This document shows, in pieces, positions 13,305 through 27,130 of a DNA stretch of 64,000 bases (position 1 is its first letter; each line of letters opens with the position of its first letter). The DNA lies in NCBI RefSeq assembly GCF_009834535.1, contig NC_045707.1, positions 46,812,001-46,876,000 on the forward strand, read 5' to 3'. The translations under genes and the position numbers were made by a program. This DNA comes from Camelus ferus. Lineage: Eukaryota. A model generated the notes under the pieces. That model had not been told where the DNA came from, made no database searches, and saw nothing but the letters and a program-made list of their open reading frames with translations.

Positions 13305-14020
13305 CAGTGGTTTTCAATCCAGTCAGATACAATGAACTTTTATAACATTTTATAGTACTATATTTACTACGTTGATGTAAAATCTAATATAAAATAACAT
13401 AACCTACCTATACACATGTTTTTTAAATTAATATAATGTGCAAATTATAATACAAAGGAGAAGTGAAAAGAAGATAACTCCCATAAAATAATATGTTTTT
13501 CAATAAATAAAAACTCTGCACGACTGCTCTAAAGGGCAGTGAAACCTCAGATTCACATATCAATTCACACGCCACGAATGTGACAGTTACAGTGCAGACT
13601 GCACAGATGTGTTGCCTTGGTGACTCAAACATCTTTAATGTTTGCTATCGGTGATCTGATTTTTCAGAAATGATGAATAACTCAGAAAAGTTCTGAACAA
13701 AACAGTACAATCTTAACCTCTTCTTATACATTTTCCTGGAAAGTTCAGTGTATATTTTCAAACAAGAAAAATACTATACACTTATTTGCAAAACAAAGTC
13801 GGGTTCTCTGAGTAGCTGGCAGGACATATGAAAGCCATGTAGGTTTGTGGGACATTTTTTTTTCTTTGCAGGACTGTCCAGAGTATTATATAGCAGCTCT
13901 GCCCCTGCCAATCAGATGGCGCTAGCACCCCACAGCAATCATTGTGACATCTAAAAACACCCTTACCAGGTGCTAAAAGCACTCAAGGGGGGTGGTTTCA
14001 GCCTCTGTAGAGAATCCCTG
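13305..14020 (+). mobile_element. MER20B-like hAT-Charlie DNA transposon
   Basis: Starts CAGTGGTTTTCAATCC, ends AGAGAATCCCTG (TIR pair); AT-rich interior with ATAACCTACCTATACACA; MER20-type 3' block GCAGGACTGTCC..TCATTGTGACA. Confidence 0.7.
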
Positions 14021-16394
14021 ACAGGCCAAATCTTTTTATTACTTGCATAATTTGAATAAAATGTGAGGGCACAGATACTAGATACAGTAATGTTCCATTC
14101 TGATGGTGTATTCTGAAGAAAGAGTTGTGTGTGTACACTATCACAGAATGAATGGAATAGTGAACTTTTCACAGTGTATGTGGCTGATTCTGTCATGTTT
14201 CATGTTATAAAAAAGACTTGTCTTCTGAGATGCTTTGCCTGCATTCTCACTTAACAAAAGAGGCCTGGAGGTTCAGCGAGTTAGTGGCAGGCAGAGTTGG
14301 AGAAGCCAGGCCTCCCGGCTGCCAGATCTGTGTTTTTCGGTCTGTTTCCTCTGGTGTACTCAAAAGTTTCTAGGCCGTCACTGCAGACGTGGTACTAGTT
14401 GCGACACTTCTGTCTCCAACTGCAGTGTTTACTTTCAGAGCCTCGGTCATTCCTGCCTACATGCGATTCTAGGATTCATGACGAGGGTAGATTAAATATT
14501 TAGACCCTTCCAACAACTTAAATTGCAGTCGGACTGGATTCCAATTGGGTAATCCCATTTGAACCTTGTTTACTTTGGAGGAAATAGGGGATCTACCCAT
14601 TTTATTCAAAACCTATATAAACAGAAGTTGAAGTCAGCTCCTTTCCACCCCTCCACTCCCTCAAATGGCTTCTCTCGGAATGGGGACTCTGTCAAGTTTC
14701 TCAGAGGCTCTGCCTGGCTTCGCTCATAGCAGAGTGTGTGTGCTCAGCGGGAACAATCTGCTCACACCAGGAAACCAGATCCTGTTTGAATGACAGGAGC
14801 TATGGGGAAATAATATGTCTAAGGGCTGGCACCAAAGTATGGTCTGTACTTGGTGGCTGGCATTGCCTCAGCAGAGAATCAACAGGCAGTGGAGAAACCA
14901 TGCATGACCACCAGGCTCTGACAGCCAAACTGACTGCTGCCCGTGCTTCCCCCTACCTGTCTACACCCCTCAGTGTGAGCATTTGGTCTGCAGGCAGTAT
15001 TCTGTGGCTCCAGGTCAACTCCTTTTCTGTTACACTCTCAGCAGGTAGGAGAAAGGGTGGTTCTGCTTTGCCTGGGATTCCAATCTGCTCTCAGACTCCC
15101 CAGAACTCCCCCTTTTTCAAACATATTCTTCCCCTTTCTTGGGGAGCTCTAAGCTCATCCTGCCCCCTTCCCTGGCTCTGCTCCATCCCCTTCCTCAGGC
15201 CAGTGGTTCTCCAGTGTCCACAGAACCCAGGTTAAGGCCATGTCATGCCAGCAAGTGCCCCTTGTTGCTAGCACTTGGACCACTGAGGTCACTTGGGCTT
15301 TGAGATAATCTGTCATACAGACCCCAGTACATGAGCCAGAGATTTCAACCTAAAATAGTTACAGGAATGGGACCAAAAAAACCAATGAAACTGCTCATTA
15401 AGATTTCTCCAACAGGAGTGAATAATGTGAATGTGAGAGGAAGTATTTAGGCACAGGTATCTGAGACGGGGGGAAAAAAAGGACAGAGAGAGGAAGTATC
15501 TGTCCCAGCTTCCCTAGATTGCTTGAAATGTCATGTCTCTGAAATGAGCCAAGAAAAGCTGCCAACCAAGAGGTAGAGGATAAGGACCTAAACTAACATT
15601 TAACTTTTAGTCCTCTGTAAAAGCCCAAAGACTATTACTGCATGTGCTTGACAACTTCTGCACTGTTGATCTGGATTCAAGTTCTGTGGCATTTGGCCAC
15701 TTTGGACATTTTTGCATGGTTAGATTCCTAGTATCTAGTGAAAAAAGGAAAGGGATTCTGACACTCCCGATTTCCAGTTATAGGATAGGTGCTGGTTCTT
15801 ATTTAATTATACAATCCTCACCACTCTATTAGACATTGGCAAAGTTTTCTGTGCACCATTTTAATGCTTCGTGATATAATTCTTTAATGATTTAACATGT
15901 GTCAGTTAAATTTATATTTCTTGCCTATTCCTTCCACACTAAGTTGAACCTTACAAAAAGTACTTGTACAAAAGAGGAGAAATTATATCCAGGACAAGAA
16001 AGGATATTGTATTAGAGCAATTTCTGATTAAAGTTAGCATTTTACATAACAATACAGGATAAGGGAAAAATCAACTCAAGATGCTTTGTATTGCAACTGC
16101 ATTATAACTAACCAACTCCAGACCCAAATTTTACACCAACTGTAAATCATGGACTGAAATAAAACTCATGCCTGAGCCAGAGGTTGTGTTCCTAGGATTT
16201 GGCTTCAAACCATTAACTTTGCGTAGGACAGACAGCAGAGGAGAAAGTAGTTATAAAGGACTGCTAATTCTCATTTGGTAAACAGCTAGATTTTTAAATA
16301 ATAATATCAACTTTAATTAACATTGATACATCTAACACACACAGAAACTATGTCTAAATAGCATCATTGGAACGTAGACTAAGAATAAAAATAA

Positions 16395-17260
16395 TAATAT
16401 TTATCATTTATTAGAGCCTAGATGTACTAGTTAGTAGGTTAGCTAGTTTATACACATTGCCTTGTTTGATCATTTGAAAAAACTTTAAGTTGATAGTTTA
16501 CCCTAGGGTTCACTCTTTGTAATGTACATTCCAAGAGTTTTGATAAATGTATAATGCCATGTGTCCACCATTATATATACAAAATAGTTTCCCTGCCCTT
16601 AAAATCCCGTGTGCTTCATGTATTCATCCCTCAGCCCCTCAGCCTAAATCCCTGGCAACCACTGCTCTTTTTACTGTCTCCATAGTTTTGCCTTTTCCAG
16701 TATCTCATACAGTTGGAAATATACAGTGTATATATTTTTCACACTCTTTGCAATATGCGTTTGAGGCTTCTCCATATCTTTTCATGACTTAATAGTTCAT
16801 TTCATTTTATTGCTGGATAATATTCCATCACATAGATGTACCACAGTTTGTTCATCCATTCAATTACTGAAGGGCATCTTTGTTCCTTCCAATTTGGGGC
16901 AATTATGAATAAAGCTACTGTAAGCATTTGTGTGCAGCTTTTTGTGTAGACATAACTTTTCAACTCATTTGGGTCAACATCTAGGAAGATGACTTCTGGA
17001 TCATGTGGTAAGATTATGTTTAGCTTTTTAAGAAACTGTTAAACTATCTCCCAAAATGGCTGTACTATTTTACTTTCTTATTGCTTAATCTTTTAGCTGC
17101 CCTTCAATTTATGTATTTTACACCTGTTAGGTAAGAAAACTCAGATTCCAAGAAGTTAAATAATTTGTCCAAAGTCTCACAACAGAGTAATGGCTAATGC
17201 TGGGATTCAAATTTGGGTTGGTTCTGGCTTTAAAGATGGTGATCTTGCTACTACACTGTA
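16395..17260 (-). mobile_element. MIR SINE split by an L1MC insertion (pieces ~16395-16475 and ~17085-17260)
   Basis: The two halves continue each other: CATTTATTAGAGCC.. then AAGAAAACTCAGATTCC..GTTAAATAATTTGTCCAAAGTCTCACA..GGGATTCAAA. Confidence 0.6.
16490..17078 (-). mobile_element. L1MC-type 3' fragment
   Basis: TAGGGTTCACTCTTTG..CCCTGGCAACCACTG..ATTATGAATAAAGCTACTGTAAGCATTTGTGTGCAG, antisense L1 3' end. Confidence 0.85.
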
Positions 17261-20200
17261 TCTCCAAGCAAACCAAACACTCAGCCAAGTCAGGGTCCTT
17301 CAATAGTGTACGTATATGTAGCCAATCTCCCCTCTATGTATTAATGTCCCTGTCCTGCATCTAAAGACAGACATCAGGAAAATGTCCTGTTGCGCAAGCC
17401 TTATAACTTCCTCTCTCCCCCTGCTCCTCTGCCACAGCTCCAGGGAAGAGCAACAGGCCCTCAGAGGGCAGGCGTTAGAAGTAGTCAGGCCTCAATACCG
17501 CAATACAATACAACTCTAGCTGTAAGCAGAGACAGTTTGCTGTCATTAAACTCTGCACCAACACTCCATAAAAAAACTTTCAGTAATACAAATACTAACC
17601 AAAAGCACCAGCATCTGGTTTCTAAACTCAGGGCTTCTTTCAAAGATCTAGAACACCAGTAATTAGCCATTTTAGGATAGGAGGCTGAGGGGAAAAAGTC
17701 ACTGGCTGCCATTTGCAAGATTTTTGCCAGAAACAACTTGAGGTGCCTATTGTAGACTCATCCTATAAACTAGCTAAGGGATTTAGTCACTTAAAATTGT
17801 TTTTTGTATTTTTAGCTCAAGACAGGGGAGTTTTGCACTGCACTCTTGAGGAATTACAAATATCTGTGATATTCCTAATTTTCAACCAGGGCAGAAATCC
17901 AGATACACCTGCACCTCAGTTAACTGATCATCACAACATACTGTGTAGGTTTTGGGGAGGAGTGACAGACAGGGATGATGGCAGAGAGCAGAGGCCACGG
18001 CCAGCCTATGTGCACTGCGAGGTTCGAGATCTACCCCTGCCACTTACTTAGTGTGACCTTGAGGTGTGATACGGAGACCATTCCACTATCTAGAAGGTGA
18101 AGAATAATATTTTCCACATAGTAATACACATATCAGCCACATTGTATACTGCAAAGGGCCTAGTAAAATTCACTATTCTTAAAGCACATCAGTTATTTCT
18201 CTTCCCTTTTTCTCCTTTCAGCAATTCCAGCTACATTAGTCACACCAGTCTTCAAACAGGGCACAGAACGTCCTACTTTAAGAGGAAGCACAATTTGGTA
18301 CAGCCTGGAGAAGTAGCTGAAGAAGCTTAAGTAGAACAGAGGTGCTTGTTCTCATGGATAATACAACCTGCTTAGTTTAAGGAGTGTGATTTACACAGCA
18401 ATTTGGATGAGCCTAGAAGCACCACCCTTTGCTGATGGTCATTTGTTTTAAAAATTATTAAAAAGTCCTATAACTTTTCAGCTGTTGGTAAATGTTATAA
18501 AAGAATATTTCTTTGGCTGTCATTTGTAGAAGTGGTTAGATTTCTGTCAAGGAGGACACATGCTGAGGGGAAGGGGTGAAACTGTTAAATATGAAAGCAG
18601 GCTAAATTTATGGAAATCTTATGCCTATGTCTGTATTTGCCGGGGGGCGGGGGGGCTATGGATCTAATTTATATTTCCATCTAGATAGGAAGAGGAAAGA
18701 GAAATGTGTAAACCAGCTATGCCAGGATGCCCACTCGCTATTTATTCATTCAATAACCAAAAATCTTGACTGCAATTACAAGGTAGTAAAGCGGCAAGGG
18801 CAGCAAGCAGTACAAACTGGACCTTATGGTCTAGAAAGTGCAACCACTCGGGCCCATGGAGTAACAGATCTGGCATTCCAGACTCTGTGTCATTACAGAA
18901 TGACAGACGGAAAGGACTTTGTGATTATCCAATCTGACTGCTCACCCCCCCCCCAATTAACACAAAGGAAAATAGCTTTAAATGATTTTCCCACAGTCAC
19001 ACAGCTATTTTATGGCAAAGATGGGGCTGGAACCCAAATATCTCCATCCCTGACCCAATGTTCTTCCCAGTACATCCATGTTCCTCAGACTAAGGCAGAA
19101 TCACTCCCTGGGGCACAAGCAGTATGTACGCAAGGCAACAGGATAAACATCGTGCATTTTCCTGGAGGACTGATTCTACTTAATGATAAACATTTTTTAT
19201 ATTTAAAAAATGCATATATTTCCGAAGAGAAGTACGAAAATGTTTAAGATAAAAAGAAGGTTTCAGAAAAGGTTTGTACTTGAGCTGAGCTAGTCTACTT
19301 TCCCAGAGCTTCTTAGGAACAGGGTCAGTCTGAGGCAAGGATTCTTTAGAGAAAACCTGGAGAAGCATTTGAGTATTCATGGTGTTTGGCTATTCAGTAA
19401 CATTGGTTCACTCACAGGTAGGTGACCAGGGACTGGAAATGTATTAACTAAAGTCACAAAGAGCTGTACTGATAAGATATACTGCAGAGCAGTCCAAAAT
19501 ACAGTCAGTTGCCAACACCCAGTCTCACTGGCCTTCTTGGAAACTGGGTAGGAACAGTGTTGGAGTAAAGGGGAGATAGATAATTTCAAGAGACAATAAA
19601 ATCAGACAAATCTACAATAATGGCAAGATGTTACTTCCTCCAAGGAATGAAATACGTATACTGGCCATTCAGGATATCTTCTTCCTTCTCTTCATGACAA
19701 AACTTATTCGATAATTTGTCTAAATCAGCTGTTTCCTTTATTTTCCACCCCTCCTGTGAACCTGTCACAGAAATAATGATTGATAAAAACAGCAACTTTA
19801 ACTAATAAATTTATAAGTAAAATAACTTTAATTATATTAGATATATTTTAAATTCTTTTCTGAGTTTTGTGAACCAACCTAGTACCAGGATGGAATTTAG
19901 GAAAGAGTCAGCTGTCATTGCTAACACTGATCTCTTAAAAGATTTTTTAAAACTTTGTTTCAAATTATGGGGCTACAGCCTGTTTAGAACCTGGATACTC
20001 AGAACCTAGAAGAGATAATATGCTAAACCCTAAAGAATGTATTGTATCAAATTCAGGAAACATTTTTTAGATAGTAAATATATACTTTTTTATTTCATCT
20101 TCATCTTCTCAAAAGACCACAACAGACTATAAAAGTTTCTGGGTCCTGTACTGTTAATAAAGCCATCGAGAGAGAGTGTTATTCATATTGGATGGGAATA

Positions 20201-21329
20201 AACAGCTTATGTGTGTCTGTCTAAATTCCTCATTTTTTACATAGCATGCCAGCACTGGTAAGCCTGGAAGATGAGTTCACACATCTGTGCTCAAAGGTTA
20301 CTAAAAGCAAGAGTCAGTCTGATTTTCAGAGCACCCCCGGCTCTCTCTTTCCTTGGCTCTATATCTGCCTATTCCATTCCAATTTTTACCAGGTCCAGGC
20401 TCTGAGCTTCTGTTCTTTTGCTTTTGAATGGTCTTGGTTTCCCCATCTCGATCCCCTGTGTCTTCTAAAAGAATGTGACTCTTTGGGTGCTTTGGATGGG
20501 TTATCTAAGACCCAACCAACTCAACTTGTATTCAGTTTCTTCCAATACAGAAGACAAACCTCAGAAATTATATTTCTTCCATACTCACAAGTCAAAGCTT
20601 AGCCTCACTGAATAATTTTTTATTTTCCTAATCCATGGCTAGTAGTCATATTTTGTATAATGATGTGAGGTACCAAATTTATGCTGAAAGGTCTTATAGT
20701 AAGAATTGAAGTTGTAAAATCCAACATAACTGACTCCAATACAAATATTTCAGAGAAACATTAAAGTTTTGAAAGCTCTAAACATTAAATTCTAAGCATT
20801 AAAGTTACTAAAATCAGTGGGGACAAACTGTAAGATTTAACCACTGGCTTCTTGGAATACATCAAATTTGGAAGGGAAAAACAAGTTTGACCACTATCAG
20901 TTAGTTTAAATACATACTCTCCCAAGGGCAAAAACATTTTCCGGGTCGTCAACATGTTATACAATGACTTAATCTCATGGTTTCCAGTGTTTGTCAAGAC
21001 TCTTTGGTATAATCTGAGCTTCAATTTTATTCCTGCAGCTAAGACTAAAAAAAAAAAGAATGGAATTTCACTATATTTAATCCAGGGTAGAAAATAAAGG
21101 AATACATCTTTTATCATTTTTTCCTGAGTTCTACAAACAAAACTACTATAAAATCTGAATTAAATTTTATAAAAGATAGCACTTCTGCCACCTGCCTTTA
21201 TATCTGGTCACCATAATGCAGTCTCCATGGAATTCCAATTTATTACTAAATACGAAAAACCTAAAACATGTAGTATATTTAGTGTATTTTGTATCTGTAA
21301 GTTAAAATAAGTATAAAATGTTGCCAAAG

Positions 21330-21690
21330 AGACTCAAGGAGATATCAGATTCATAAAAAATATGAACTGATTAGAAATGTTGAGAATGAGAAAACACAAT
21401 TATTGAAATAAAACCAACAGCAGAACAGACACAGTTGAAGCAAAATATATGCGAGTTGGAAGACTGACAAAGGATCCTCCTTCCACTCTGGAAGAATGCA
21501 GCTCAAAATGACCACAATGGATGGTATGAAAGAAAACCTGAGAGACATGGAGAATAGATTCACAAGTTCTAATATCAATCTAACAGAAGTTAGAGGAGGA
21601 AGGCAAAGGATGGAGGACAAAGAATTGCTATTTTTTATATTCTTGACCTGAAAGAGTCTCCAGACTAAAGAGTCCCATCAAGTACTGAAA
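21330..21690 (+). mobile_element. Ancient L1/HAL1 ORF1-like fragment
   Basis: + strand translates MKENLRDMENRFTSSNINLTEV, similar to the ORF1p ..LRDMEDRSRRSNI.LIGV motif. Confidence 0.65.
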
Positions 21691-21949
21691 GCTCTCTTCC
21701 TGAATGCCTCAGTACCTGTGGAAGAGACAGGCTGCCCTGAGACTTTTAATCAGCATGAGCCTCAGCCCCTACCTCTCTCTTCCCAAGACTAGAAGTATCA
21801 AGATACCAAATTGCTAGTATTTCCAGTGCCATAATGCATCCAACAACATGCAACGTGAACTTCCCCAAAGCTTTGACTCTTACTAAGCACTCAACAAATG
21901 TTATCTACTATTGTTAATATTATTGTTATCATCATTATTATTACTTTAT

Positions 21950-22340
21950 CATCATCATGGCTTCAAATATCACCGCTCATTTGCTAATGACACTTAAATA
22001 CAAGTCTCCAGTCAAGATCTCTCACCCGAGTTTCAGACATGTATTTAACTACGTATTTGACATTCCCACTGGGATGTCAAATAGGAATCTTAAATTTAAC
22101 AGGACCAAATCAGATTCATTTCTCTCTCTCTCCTCTCAAAGCCAAATCCACTTTTTAACAAATTCCACTGCCTAGCCTTCTTCATGTCGGTAAATGGTAC
22201 TAATCTTCACTCATTTTCTCAAGACTGGAAGGTCTTTGATTTCTCATTTCCCCTCATTTCTAATCAATCAGAAGACCTGTTGGATCTACTCCCAAAATAC
22301 ACTGATCCAACTATATCTTACCATCTATGCTACTGCTAAC
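21950..22340 (+). mobile_element. L2 fragment
   Basis: CATGGCTTCAAATATCACC..GACATTCCCACTGGGATGTCAAATAGGAATCTTAAATTTAACA. Confidence 0.65.
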
Positions 22341-22529
22341 TTAATTTAAAATTGTAAATCCTTCAAGATATTATATTAGTAATTATGTTAAAGATATTAG
22401 CCTTTTGTCATTTATGTTACAAATATTTCTTCTTGTCTAATAACTTTGTTTATAGTTGTTTTGGTGAACAGAAATTTTACATATTTATAGAATTAACTTT
22501 ATTGATTCTTTCCTTTATGGCTTAGAGCT

Positions 22530-22623
22530 AGCTGAGCTGTCTCCTATGCTTAAGTCCCCAGTATGTTCACCGAATAAAACATAATTCTCAGCTTTTAGGT
22601 TGTGCATTTTTTTTCAGTCAATA
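22530..22623 (+). mobile_element. ERV LTR 3'-end fragment (R/U5)
   Basis: AATAAAACATAATTCTCAGCTTTTAGGTTGTGCATTTTTTTCAGTCAA resembles recalled laurasiatherian ERV LTR ends; only ~90 bp visible. Confidence 0.45.
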
Positions 22624-22644
22624 CTGGTATATCTCTTTCAATTT

Positions 22645-23300
22645 TTATTATTAAGTTTTACTTACTTTTAAGAACTTTATAGGTTTACAATGAAATTCGG
22701 AGTAAGATATAGAGATTTCCCATATATCCCTGTCCAACACAAGCATAATCTCCTCCATTATCAGTATCACTCGCCAAAATTTTACATTTTTTATCAAGGA
22801 TGAACCTACACTGACACATCTTAATCACCCAAAGTTCATATTTTACCTCAGGACTGACTCTTGGTCAGCCTAGTCTTGGTGAACCCTATTCTATGGGTTT
22901 AGACAAAAGTATAATGACATAAACCCATCATTATACTATCATACAGAGTATTTTCATTGCCCTAATATTTCCTGTGATCTGTCTATTCATCTCTCCCCCT
23001 CCATACCTGGCAACCAATGATTTTTTTAGCCCCATAATTTTGCCTATTCCAGATTGTCATATGATTAGAATGATACAGTATGTAGCTTTTTAAAATTGGC
23101 TTCTTTTAATTAGTAGTATGCATTTAAGGTTCCTCTATGTCTTTTTTATGGCTTGTAGTTCATTCCTTTTTACCACTAAATAGTATTTCACTGTCTGGAT
23201 GTACCATAGTTTACTTATTCATTCACCTCTGCACCATTCAAACTCAATTTGGCAATTATGATAAGGCTGCAATAAGTATCTGTGTGCAGGTTTCCTGTGT
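22645..23300 (-). mobile_element. L1MC-type 3' fragment
   Basis: AGAGATTTCCCATATATCCC..GATGAACCTACACTGACACATC..AATCACCCAAAGTTCATA..GGCAATTATGATAAGGCTGC. Confidence 0.85.
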
Positions 23301-23799
23301 AAAACAATACTTTGTCTTTAGCCTTTCTTTGTAATTGTGTTTTAGGCAGGTCTCTTATAAATCATCATAATTTTATTGGGGGTGGAAAGTGGGGAGAATC
23401 TCCAATCAGAGAACCTCTACCTTGTAAAGGGTAATTTATTCCATTCATTATTTGTACGTTCTTACTCATTCCTCAAAGTTTTTTACATACCATATTTTCT
23501 TGTCATTTGTTTCTCTTCCTTCATGATTTTTAGTGAAATAATTAAGTTTATGTCATTTTTTCATTCTATTTCTTGCAAGTTATGTACTCTATTTTTACTC
23601 AACTGGAAAATTTTAAACACATTTAAATTAGAACGTTGAATACAAAGCTAGAGCATATTTATATCCTTTGCTGAGCAAAACAGTATCTGTGAAATGCCTC
23701 CTTTTCTTCTATCTCCTTTACCCCATTTCTGCTACTTTCCCATTTGGAAAATAAGGGACAATTTAAGCCCCAGATATTTTTTTTCAAAGTGCAAATGAC

Positions 23800-24722
23800 A
23801 GAATAAAAATTTCCCTTCTGCCTCAGATGCTTTCCTCCAATCTTTAATTCAAAATCTGCTCCACTACAGCCTTCCATCTCAGCTGATGCAATTCCATCTT
23901 CAGGTTGCCCAGCCCAAAATCTTGGATTCATCCTTGTCTCTTCTCTTTCTCCCACATCCCATTCCAGTCTGACAGGAGATCATGCTGCCTCTACCTCCAA
24001 ATTATATCCAAAACTCAGTCACTTCTCCCCACCTCCACTCTAGTCCAAACCATCTGCATCTCACACCTGGATTACTCAGCCTTCTAAAGGGCTCCCTGTT
24101 CACCCTTACTCCCAGATCTCTATTCTTTACCTAGCAGCCTGAGTGATCCTGTTGAAATTGAAGTTGGCTCAAAACCCTGCAATGGTTCCCCAGTGTGCTC
24201 AGAGTAAAAACAGAGTCTTCCCCAGGCCTACAAGGCCTGGCCTCTGGTGACGTCTCTGGTCTCCTGTTCTAACACTCTCTTATTCACTCTACTATAGCCA
24301 TACTCTTGCTGGTATCGTTGCTCACGCATGTGTCAGCCATGTTTCCAACCCAGGGCCTTTGCCCCAGCTACCCCTGGATACAGTCCCTTATTCACAGCTA
24401 ACTCGCTCATCTCATTCATGTCTTCACTCACAGCCGCTGGCTCAGTGATGCCTGTCCCAACCACCCTAATGTAACTTACATCCTTTCCCCATGCTACCTA
24501 TTTTCCTTACACTGTTCTGTACCTTTTCTCTTTGTATAACACTCGCCACCTTCTGACATACCACATAACTTATTTATAGTACCTGTAGTTTACTGTCTGC
24601 CCTCTTCACACCCAGTCAGAATGTAAGATCCCCAGGCCAGGATCTTTGCCTCTTCTCTGATGTAAACCAAGTACCTAGACAGTACCTGGCATACAGTAGG
24701 CACCCAATAAATATTTGCTGAT
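23800..24722 (+). mobile_element. L2 (L2a-like) 3' portion
   Basis: Pyrimidine-rich L2 body ending in CAGTACCTGGCATACAGTAGGCACCCAATAAATATTTGCTG. Confidence 0.85.
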
Positions 24723-25935
24723 TTTGGATGTACTTACTGATTTTTAAGTGGATGACTTTAATCTCAAATTAAAGCTACTTTCTCTGAGAAGCCATTTCTG
24801 ACCAGCGGAGCTGGAACAGCCATGCTGGTCACATCACTCATGATCTTCTTCATAGCATGATCTCTATCACATGCTTTCATAGATGTGCTTATTTTCTCTG
24901 TCCCTTCATCTCCATGCTCCAAACTTCACATATGGAGAACTTTGCCTTGATTACCAGAGGACCTCCGGTATGTAGGGCGATACTTAGCACATAGTAGAGT
25001 CTCAATAAATGCCTCGGCTCAAGCACTGGAGCGCTGGGGGCCTGTTTCTTCATTTAGCAGCCTTAAGGAAATGAGGGGCTGAGGCCATGAGTAAGCTGAG
25101 CCTGCTGCTTTGGGGGAAGCTCCTCTGCCTCTTCTGTCACCATCTGTTGGAGGTAAATGCCTGCACCCAGAATGCGCCTCAGCACGCCCTCAGTGCACCT
25201 GAGCCACAGCGTCTAAGTCCATCTCACTGGAGCGTCCTCCTTCTCCTCCTCAGTGCTCCTCCTGATGCAAGATATTCTTCAGGTCCACTATCTGTCCCAG
25301 CAATCTCCATGCCAGTAATCTTCAAATGGACTTTCCAAAGGCACAGTTTTACCCAAGTGAGTTCCTGGATCCTCAACTTCCATACATACTCTTTTCTAAA
25401 ACTGCCTGAGTGATTTTCGGTACTAACAATATTCTTTCTCCCACTTTACAAAAAACAGTCATACCACTCATATATCTCAAATCTTATTATGGTGCTCTGC
25501 CCTACATGGCTCAAAATGTTGGTTTGGGGGAAACCAAGGATTTTATGTCTCTCCCTGTCTTCTAAACAGGTCTGTAAGAGTGAGTTGGCCAGTGAGAGAA
25601 AATTCTGAATTCAGAACAAAGTAAAACATTAGTGGTATGGATTATTTTTAAAGTAACTGCAGTGTTAAAAAATCTGGAACCAACAGATTTTTCCAGATGT
25701 GCTGAATAAGGTCTACATATGAGTTTGTCTGTTGATTTCTCTCAGATTTAATGTGTTATTCAGGAAGGTCATTAAAACCTACTTAATCAAATCATGTCAT
25801 AAAATAACTTATTCCACTTATGATCAATATTCACCTCCTTTCAATTTATGAAATGAGTAATGTCTTCTACCTCCTATTTTTAAAATGATGAAAACATTCA
25901 TATTTCAAGTTAAAATTGCGAGAAAGCACATCATT

Positions 25936-25947
25936 AAAAAAAAATCC
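25936..25947 (+). repeat. 5' copy of the L1 target-site duplication (AAAAAAAAATCC)
   Basis: Follows a TT|AAAA endonuclease site; 11/12 match to AAAATAAAATCC at 33046-33057. Confidence 0.75.
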
Positions 25948-27130
25948 GGAAGATGGAGAAGATGGTGGAGTAGAAGGACGCTCGCAGGTCACCCTCTCCC
26001 ACAAATACACCAAGACTCACATCTACAGACCCACTCAGCCAACCAGAGCACCTGTGGAACTCCGACAGAACATCGCCCTCTTCAAAAGATAAAGACGCCA
26101 AAAATCTGGTAGGAGAAAAGGAAAAAAGAAAGAACAAAAGGCAAAGCAGCGCGGGACGGGTCCCGCGGGGAGGGAGCGGCAAAGGAGGACTGGCGCTCGC
26201 TCGCTGGGTCTCCCCTCTCCAACTGAGAGGCCAGCGGGATGAAGGGGGAGCCTCCTAGGCTCGGATCTGTACAGAGCAGCCCTTGACTAACAGAACTAAG
26301 TTAAACGGGCACAGAGCGTCCCCCCGACACCCAGCCTGAGACGCGGGCCGGCAGCCGCGGGCAGGGCCAGGCTGCACAAGCCGGGCGGAGGATGGAAGTG
26401 GCTGCACGGAGGCAGCCCCGGGGGAACGCAAGGGGCTGCGCGCCGTGGCTGTGGGTGCACAGGGCAGAACAACCTGGGCCCTCCATAAAACAGCAAGGTT
26501 GATGTGCTCTCGGGGGAAGGGTGCACACCCCCATCTCTGAAAACCCGCGGAAAGTTTTCGGGGGAAGAGAGGCGGGGCTCAGGCACAGCCGCCATATCCT
26601 CTGCGCTGAGCACTCAGGCGGCGGCGGGGGCGAAACCTGCATCCGCACCGAAGGGCTTAGCAGCCTCAAAGGCCAGACTGAGACTGGCCTGCAGCCCGAG
26701 GCAGATAGGATCCTTCCATCCTGGTCCCTCAGAGAACTTGCTCCACAAAGACAAACAAGGAGCTGGGTTTTGGCTCCGAGCAGGGACAGGGCTGTCCCTC
26801 AGTCTTCCCCAAGCCCACCTACGGAGCACCGACCAGGGCGGAGCACGCAGCCGCACAGAGAGCGGAACTACCAGCGGCGCAGGTAGACGGAGAGCGGCCC
26901 CCCCCCCGCCTTTCGGGCAGGAACACAGCCCCTGACCGAGGTGCTGGGAGGGGGCACGACCCGCCCTCCTACCTGGCCAGTCTGCAACATCTGACTGCGG
27001 CATCCGAAGGGGCAGCGACCCGCCTGCCCACAGCAGAGAGCTGCACCTGACCCAGTGTTAGGAGGAGGCGCGATCTGCTTGCCGACAGGTGCTGGGAGCA
27101 GCACAGAAGAGGGCACCAACGGAGGGCCTC
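25948..27130 (+). promoter_or_regulatory. L1 5'UTR internal promoter / CpG island
   Basis: High GC and CpG content against a CpG-depleted background; YY1-like AAGATGGTGG at 25959-25968 (consensus AAGATGGCGG with CpG decay). Confidence 0.85.

Noticed and set aside
18621..19247. 208-aa ORF (also 236 aa at 53105-53815 and 165 aa at 14738-15235)
   Set aside because: No domain-like composition; the first two run through MIR fragments; consistent with chance ORFs
19655..19762. Minus-strand frame SQEGWKIKETADLDKLSNKFCHEEKEEDILNG after an acceptor-like TTTCTGTGACAG
   Set aside because: Looks protein-like, but there is no good donor and I recognise no homolog; needs BLASTX
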